A stretch of 64,000 bases of DNA from a bacterium (GTDB taxonomy: Bacteria > SAR324 > NAC60-12): contig CBDDTI010000747.1 in the NCBI GenBank assembly GCA_965233585.1, positions 672,001-736,000 of the forward strand, written 5' to 3'. A program made the translations under genes and the position numbers. Shown in pieces: positions 58,543 to 64,000 of the stretch. Under the pieces are notes generated by a model. It worked only from the letters and a program-made list of their open reading frames with translations. It was not told the origin of the DNA and did not search any database. Numbering within the stretch: position 1 is the first letter of the stretch; each line of letters opens with the position of its first letter.

Positions 58543-58972
58543 CTTTTTGACTCTCTAAAAGGTATTCTTTTTCAAAGACTTCTTGCCACGAAAGGCTTTG
58601 AATTGTTGATTTTAAATCTGTCTCTCTTTCTGCTTTTTTGTTGGCTTTTATAAAAGTATTGTTCCAAATAGTTTTGATAAAATTTTCGTTTAGCGATGGT
58701 GTATCTTCTTGTAATTCTTCAATTTCATCTCGTGCATTATAAATGGAGTTTCTCCAACTTGTAGAACGATGGGAAGGTTGAATCTTCCACTTGATGATGT
58801 GCATCATAAGAACAGTCAAATGACTTGCTAGGCTCTTTTTTTCTTTTCTTGCCATGTATTCAATTTCTTCAATGAGATTCTCCACGTCCAAATGTTCAAA
58901 TTTTCCTACTCGTATCAAATTCGCTTGATGTTCTGCCCAGAGGACAAAATCTTGTTCGTACAAATTAGTCAT
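58535..58972 (-). CDS. DUF29 family protein (copy 3)
   Basis: Same signature, 8-nt overlap with the next copy. Confidence 0.88.
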   Translation of the reverse strand: MTNLYEQDFVLWAEHQANLIRVGKFEHLDVENLIEEIEYMARKEKKSLASHLTVLMMHIIKWKIQPSHRSTSWRNSIYNARDEIEELQEDTPSLNENFIKTIWNNTFIKANKKAERETDLKSTIQSLSWQEVFEKEYLLESQKDD

Positions 58973-59402
58973 CTTTTTGACTCTCTAAAAGGTATTCTTT
59001 TTCAAAGACTTCTTGCCACGAAAGGCTTTGAATTGTTGATTTTAAATCTGTCTCTCTTTCTGCATCTTCTGTTGCGTCTTTAAAACATTCTTTCCAAATA
59101 CTATTGATAAATGTTTCATTGAGTGAAGGCATTTTTTTTCTGCTCCTTCTGATTTGTTTTCTTGCCTCGTGAATTGTTCCTTGCCAACTACTTGAACGTT
59201 CTTGAGGTTGAATCTTCCACCTAATAATGTGCATCATCAATCGGATCAAATGACTTTCTAACGTGTCTTTATGACGATTCCCCATGTCTTCAACTTCTTC
59301 AATGAGATTCTCGGTGTCTAATTGTTCAAACTTACCTGAACGTATTAAGTTAGCTTGATGTTCTGCCCAGAGGACAAAATCTTGTTCGTACAAATTAGTC
59401 AT
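58965..59402 (-). CDS. DUF29 family protein (copy 2)
   Basis: Same signature, 8-nt overlap with the next copy. Confidence 0.88.
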   Translation of the reverse strand: MTNLYEQDFVLWAEHQANLIRSGKFEQLDTENLIEEVEDMGNRHKDTLESHLIRLMMHIIRWKIQPQERSSSWQGTIHEARKQIRRSRKKMPSLNETFINSIWKECFKDATEDAERETDLKSTIQSLSWQEVFEKEYLLESQKDD

Positions 59403-59832
59403 CTTTTTTGTTTTCTAAAAAGTAATCTTCTTCAAAGACTTCTTGCCACGAAAGGCTTTGAATTGTTGATTTTAAATCTGTTTCATCTTTTGCTTTGTCA
59501 GTTGCTTTTTCAAAGCAGTTATCCCAAATAGTGTTGATAAAGTCTTGGTTCAAAGAGAGTGAATCTTCTCTGATGATCTGAATTTGACGCCGTGTTTCAT
59601 TGATAGAATTTCTCCAACTTTTTGAACGATGAGAAGGTTGAGTCTTCCACTTAATGACATGAGTCATCAAAACAATGAGATAGCTTGTGATGCTTCGTTT
59701 ATCTTTTCTTGCCATGTATTCAACCTCTTCAATGAGATTTTCTGTGTCTAATTGTTCAAACTTGCCTGAACGTATCAAATTGGCTTGATGTTCTGCCCAG
59801 AGGACAAAATCTTGTTCGTATAAATTAGTCAT
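59395..59832 (-). CDS. DUF29 family protein (copy 1); start set by homology with the other copies
   Basis: MTNLYEQDF starts at 59832, exactly 430 bp from the next start. Confidence 0.88.
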   Translation of the reverse strand: MTNLYEQDFVLWAEHQANLIRSGKFEQLDTENLIEEVEYMARKDKRSITSYLIVLMTHVIKWKTQPSHRSKSWRNSINETRRQIQIIREDSLSLNQDFINTIWDNCFEKATDKAKDETDLKSTIQSLSWQEVFEEDYFLENKKDD

Positions 59833-60048
59833 CTTTTTAAATTTTTTAAAAAATCTCGTAAAGAACAATAAACCCAAGAAGCATGCGGCACTTCACTAAA
59901 GTTGCCATCAATATATCCTGCAACAAATGGAAGCCGTGAGATTCATTGATACAATCTAGGAGTGGTATGAGGTAAAAGTCTCACTTACAGTTCTGAAGGA
60001 AAGTCTGACGAAAGGAAATGATAGTCAGTCACTAAATACCAATCCCAA

Positions 60049-60807
60049 TTATTGAATCCTTTTTACAGCAAATACCAAAGTCATCTTTGCTTTTATTAGA
60101 TAGCACTCATATCTATCCTTAGGAATCAATGCAGCAATAACTTGAAAAAGAGGTTGCATTGAAGAATTGATGTCTTCTATTACAATCCAACCTTCTTTTG
60201 AGACTTTCCCAAGAGCAAAATTAAGTGTAGAAATATGTGCATCTGCAGAGTGAAGTCCATCATCAATAATTAAATCGTATTTTGGAAGAGTTATTTCTGC
60301 AAGCTTTTCATAAGTTTCCCATTTAGTTTGATATACATAAAAGGTTTCAATACGTTCTTCTACAAATAAACTATTTCTATCAATATCGGCACCATGCACA
60401 AGGGCTGTTTTACAAACATCCCTAAAAGCTCTAAAAGATGCTCCTGGCTCTCCTCCACTTCCCATATTAGACACAATATTTGTATCATTTGTTCCTAAAC
60501 CAACTTCAAAAATACTTGTGATATTTTTGTTAGAAAGAATAGTTCCATAAATCAAGTGATAATTATGAGTAGTAGCTTTATCACTTCCTCGTTCAGTAAA
60601 TTTCTTTCTTAACTCTTCAATGAATTGGTTACAAGTAGCTTTTTTAGCAAAGTTTTCTATTGAAGTAATTTCAAATTTTGGTGAAAAATTCTCACATAGC
60701 TTTGCTGAAAAAGGAAAAGTTTGCTGAACAGTTTGTTTGGTTAAGAGAGTTTTTTGACAATAATTGTTACTATGTCCGTTAGGTTTAAACATAGGAAATT
60801 CATTCAT
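60049..60807 (-). CDS. putative SAM-dependent methyltransferase-like protein
   Basis: GSDKATTHNY, FEVGLG, GADID, DLIIDDGLH and IVIEDI motifs. Confidence 0.7.
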   Translation of the reverse strand: MNEFPMFKPNGHSNNYCQKTLLTKQTVQQTFPFSAKLCENFSPKFEITSIENFAKKATCNQFIEELRKKFTERGSDKATTHNYHLIYGTILSNKNITSIFEVGLGTNDTNIVSNMGSGGEPGASFRAFRDVCKTALVHGADIDRNSLFVEERIETFYVYQTKWETYEKLAEITLPKYDLIIDDGLHSADAHISTLNFALGKVSKEGWIVIEDINSSMQPLFQVIAALIPKDRYECYLIKAKMTLVFAVKRIQ

Positions 60808-60847
60808 TAAATTAAATCTACTTTTTTTAATATGAGTAGAATGCCGC

Positions 60848-61717
60848 TTAGAATATTCGGCTTATTCTACAATAGAATTTATACGTGATAATATTAAGCT
60901 TTACTAGACTAACTATTATTCCTTTGATTGCTCTCCATTTACCAACAGCCCAAGCATCTTCTGGATACCTAGAAACTTGGTATAAAAATGCTTGAACAGG
61001 AGTTCTATTATGATTCCTATGTAGCAGCAGAGGTTTGTTTTTATCATCTCCAAATTCAAGACCACAAAGCAAAGATTCTGAATGAGAAATGGACAATTTT
61101 GATTTATAAGCCATCAAAGAAAAAATAGATTGGTCATGTCTATGCCATCTGAATTCTTCTAGTTCCTGACCTAGTTTTGAACGACTATCTGTAATGATTC
61201 TATAGTCGGAACAGTACTTTAAAAGTTTTTCAATAAATGTAATACTCTCTAAACTTTTTTTATAAAATTGAACGCCTGCTAAAATCACAGGAAAATCATA
61301 GGCTTTTTGTTCATCACAATTCATCAAAATAAAGCTATCTCTTTTACATCTGTCTTTGCATAACACATTGGTATCAAAAAGAATCACATCTTGTTGTAAC
61401 TCATTAAATAAAGAAAAATGAGAATCTATTGGAGCAAGAAATTCTATTCCAGCATCACAGTAAAAAACAATATCTCCATCTTTGATACTAGATTCTTTTA
61501 AAGTTTTATGAATAATATAAGGTTTCCAAAGCCAGTAGCCTGCTCCTCTTCTTTTATTTAAGATTTTTTTATTTGCCTGATAAAAATCTTTATCAATATC
61601 TTTTGCACTGTATTCTATAACACGATCAAAATTTCCTTTTTCTAACGCTGATTTCGTTAGTCTTGCTCTCGCTTCTTTAAAATCATTGTTACAATAATTA
61701 ATTAAAATTTTTTGCAT
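60848..61717 (-). CDS. hypothetical protein, putative glycosyltransferase-like
   Basis: RGAGYWLWKPYII, FYCDAG and HRHDQSIFSL motifs. Lies in a sugar-modification cluster. Confidence 0.55.
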   Translation of the reverse strand: MQKILINYCNNDFKEARARLTKSALEKGNFDRVIEYSAKDIDKDFYQANKKILNKRRGAGYWLWKPYIIHKTLKESSIKDGDIVFYCDAGIEFLAPIDSHFSLFNELQQDVILFDTNVLCKDRCKRDSFILMNCDEQKAYDFPVILAGVQFYKKSLESITFIEKLLKYCSDYRIITDSRSKLGQELEEFRWHRHDQSIFSLMAYKSKLSISHSESLLCGLEFGDDKNKPLLLHRNHNRTPVQAFLYQVSRYPEDAWAVGKWRAIKGIIVSLVKLNIITYKFYCRISRIF

Positions 61718-61732
61718 ATACTCCTTACTCTT

Positions 61733-62656
61733 TCAGTAGTTTTGATAAGATTCAATCATGTTCTTCAAACCATCTTTCAATAAAACTTTTGGTTGCCAAG
61801 AAAAGGTTTGTTGTAGTTTTTGATTTGCTCCTTGAAATCCTAGAATATCACCGGGAGTGTATCCTTCATAGAGAACAGGTTTATCAAAACCTGTAATCTC
61901 TTTCATTAAAGAGATTAAGTCTAAAACACTGGTGATGGTGTTGGTGGATAAATTATAGAAACCAGTTTGAGGGTTTTCAGAATGGATGATGGCTTGAATT
62001 GCACTAAAAATATCATCAATGAAAATAAAATCTCTCACTCTCTCACTTGATCCTTTGACCTGAATTTTTTCATAATTTAAAAGATATGAAAGATAAATGC
62101 TGACCATGCCCTGTTTCATTTCTGTTAAATCTTGAGAAGGTCCATAAGCATTAAATAAACGAAGACTGACTACAGGAATTTGATCTTGTGCAGATAACGT
62201 ATGCAAAAGATTTTCAGCTGCAAGTTTGGTGTTTCCATAAAGTGAAATCGGTTTAGGGATCGTATTTTCATCAACAACAGACCGATGAGGTGCTTGCCCA
62301 TAAACGGACATAGAACTGAAGTTGACCATGATTCTTGATTCACATTTTTTGGCAAATTGGTAAGTGAGATAAGACCCTTTCAAATTGGTATCCATGTCAT
62401 AAATGGGGTCATCAAATGACTTTTCTCCTGAAGACTGAGCAGCTGCATGAATGATGACTTCAAAATTCTGTTCCAATCCATCAAAGGCATTTTCGTGGCG
62501 AATGTCCCTTTTTTCCCAGGTGATGCCCTCATCAACATTGCTGGCGTAGCCACTGTGCAAGTTATCTACTCCAAGAATTGTGTGTCCTTCATTCTTGAAG
62601 GCACGTGCAAGTGAGCTACCCACAAAGCCCGCAATTCCCGTAATCAAAATCTTCAT
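61733..62656 (-). CDS. NAD-dependent epimerase/dehydratase
   Basis: ITGIAGFVGS, SSMSVYG, YGNTK, RLFNAYGP and RDFIFIDD motifs. Confidence 0.9.
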   Translation of the reverse strand: MKILITGIAGFVGSSLARAFKNEGHTILGVDNLHSGYASNVDEGITWEKRDIRHENAFDGLEQNFEVIIHAAAQSSGEKSFDDPIYDMDTNLKGSYLTYQFAKKCESRIMVNFSSMSVYGQAPHRSVVDENTIPKPISLYGNTKLAAENLLHTLSAQDQIPVVSLRLFNAYGPSQDLTEMKQGMVSIYLSYLLNYEKIQVKGSSERVRDFIFIDDIFSAIQAIIHSENPQTGFYNLSTNTITSVLDLISLMKEITGFDKPVLYEGYTPGDILGFQGANQKLQQTFSWQPKVLLKDGLKNMIESYQNY

Positions 62657-62676
62657 GTCTTTCTAAATTTTAAAAA

Positions 62677-63411
62677 TTAAGAATACCCCCCGTACCTTTT
62701 CAACCACCATTCTACAACTGGAATTTGCCATTCATAATCCACATCGCAACCTGCTTCTTGTTCCAGCGGGAAAATGTGTTGTCCCATCCATTTTTGTGGC
62801 AACATGCCATCTTCCAAGTGGTCTAAACAACGTGAACGCACAACAGAAACTCCCATGTCTGCAAAGAGAACATCACCTTGAGAATCCCTGTCGCAATTTA
62901 AAGTTTTTGGGTCGCCAAATGTCTCAAAAGGTACAAAAGGCTGAAGCAACCCATTTTCGTCACGTTTTCTAGCACGCAATGGAGACCACATATTGTAACG
63001 TGACACAGAAACGGCAGAGTCTATTTTTGGTTTGTCTTTTAAAACTTGGATTCCTTGTTCAATCAAAGAGGCTGTGACTGTTGCAGCATTGCAAAAAAGT
63101 AAAACGATGAAGTCAATGTTTTTGTTGGGATTGCGTCTGCAAATTTCTTGGTAGCCGTGAACGTAGGCATGTTCACCAAGTGCAGTGTTGTTGCAAAGTT
63201 CGTCAGGTCGTTCAATGATTTGCACATCAAGCGACCTTCCAATCTTCATTAATTCAGGGTCATCAGTAGAAAGATAAACTTGGTCAACAGAACTGGCATC
63301 AAGTGCCGCTTTCATGGGGTAGTAGGTCAAAGGCTTGCCTAAAACGGGGTAAGTATTTTTTCCCGGGAATCCTTGAGACCCTTTGCGTCCTAAAAGTAAT
63401 GCAGGAATCAT
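62677..63411 (-). CDS. NeuA/KdsB-like cytidylyltransferase
   Basis: GRKGSQGFPGKN, STDD, IERP and DVDYEWQ motifs. Confidence 0.82.
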   Translation of the reverse strand: MIPALLLGRKGSQGFPGKNTYPVLGKPLTYYPMKAALDASSVDQVYLSTDDPELMKIGRSLDVQIIERPDELCNNTALGEHAYVHGYQEICRRNPNKNIDFIVLLFCNAATVTASLIEQGIQVLKDKPKIDSAVSVSRYNMWSPLRARKRDENGLLQPFVPFETFGDPKTLNCDRDSQGDVLFADMGVSVVRSRCLDHLEDGMLPQKWMGQHIFPLEQEAGCDVDYEWQIPVVEWWLKRYGGYS

Positions 63412-63531
63412 AAAAATTGGCGGTTTTTAAATTTGATTTTGCAAAAAGAACAGTTCCTTTGAAGAAAAGAAAAACACCAAGCTAGCAAAAGCCAAAACAA
63501 GTCATTTCAATCTCATTGACTTAAGAAGGGT

Positions 63532-63577
63532 GGCAGTTTGGTGTTTCAGGAGGAATCTAGCAGAGCACCAAACTGCC
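63532..63577. repeat. 12-bp perfect inverted repeat
   Basis: GGCAGTTTGGTG (63532-63543) and CACCAAACTGCC (63566-63577). Confidence 0.6.
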
Positions 63578-63687
63578 TTGACTTTTGTCTTCTCTGCTAG
63601 ACCTATAGAATTTTAAAAAAACAAAGCAATCCAAGTGAGAGATTATTACACAAACTTGGTTCGTTCTTCAATAAACTTTTTTAAAAT

Positions 63688-64000
63688 TCAGGTAGCTGGC
63701 ACTGATTTGGTAGAATTTGACAGAATTTTTAAAATATGTTGCATGACAAACTCTGGTGTCATGTCCCTCAAACAGTTGGTATGCCCAAAGCGACAGGCAC
63801 GAGCAAAGCAAGGACTACAAGGCATTTGAAGGGTTAAAACATGAGCGGCTTGGCTCAATGGTGCTGTCCATACTGGAGAAGTAGAGCCAAAAAGAGCAAT
63901 TTGTGGTCTGCCTAAAGTTGCCATGAGGTGCATCACACCAGAATCATTGCTGATCAATAATTGAGACTGAAAGCAAAGAGCGACAAGTTGAGGTAAATTG
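63688..64000 (-). CDS. waaF: GT9 lipopolysaccharide heptosyltransferase (3' part; runs off the window)
   Basis: ISNDSGVMHLMA...IALFGST...WTAP...CSPCF...C...C motifs. Frame is open to the window end. Confidence 0.75.
   Translation of the reverse strand, partial: NLPQLVALCFQSQLLISNDSGVMHLMATLGRPQIALFGSTSPVWTAPLSQAAHVLTLQMPCSPCFARACRFGHTNCLRDMTPEFVMQHILKILSNSTKSVPAT

Larger units (their letters stand above)
57684..59832 (-). repeat. five-unit tandem gene array with 430-bp period
   Basis: Starts at 58112, 58542, 58972, 59402 and 59832. Ends are near-identical, the middle is variable. Confidence 0.95.

Noticed and set aside
57684..59832. CRISPR array or diversity-generating retroelement
   Set aside because: The units are whole 430-bp coding genes. 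There is no short repeat-spacer pattern, no cas gene and no reverse transcriptase, and the variation is block-wise.
59833..59877. N-terminal extension of the first DUF29 ORF (start 59877)
   Set aside because: Homology and the 430-bp period put the start at 59832.

Overview
Bacterial chromosomal window, AT-rich by eye. It is mostly housekeeping genes (rluB, argF, epmA-efp, tilS, proVWX, pyrE, prfB with its +1 frameshift, qor, leuS, lon, tatC, glgP, nusB, DAHP synthase) plus three tRNAs. The gene set looks Gram-negative and delta-proteobacteria/SAR324-like, which is inference only. The standout is a compact six-gene operon at 10931-18102 behind a sigma54-type promoter. It encodes a predicted outer-membrane beta-barrel, a lipoprotein with three FliF-like ring-building repeats plus TPR, a second FliF-like/TPR protein, a natural FliF-like ring domain-TM-FliG fusion that lacks the FliM-binding EHPQ motif, and an atypical MotA/MotB pair. 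It has no export-gate, rod, hook or switch genes, so it is a candidate non-flagellar trans-envelope rotary machine. Other notable items: five DUF29 genes at an exact 430-bp period with mosaic sequence blocks inside a sugar-modification operon; a receiver domain-LpxC fusion; a NadD-like/CinA(PncC)-like fusion; a solo attC-like site in front of a restriction-modification pair; a THUMP-only ThiI; an EpmA with a LysRS-like N-terminal extension; two sigma28-type promoters on unknown secreted proteins; and a T10 tract in a promoter spacer. All family calls come from motif recognition by eye. No searches were run.
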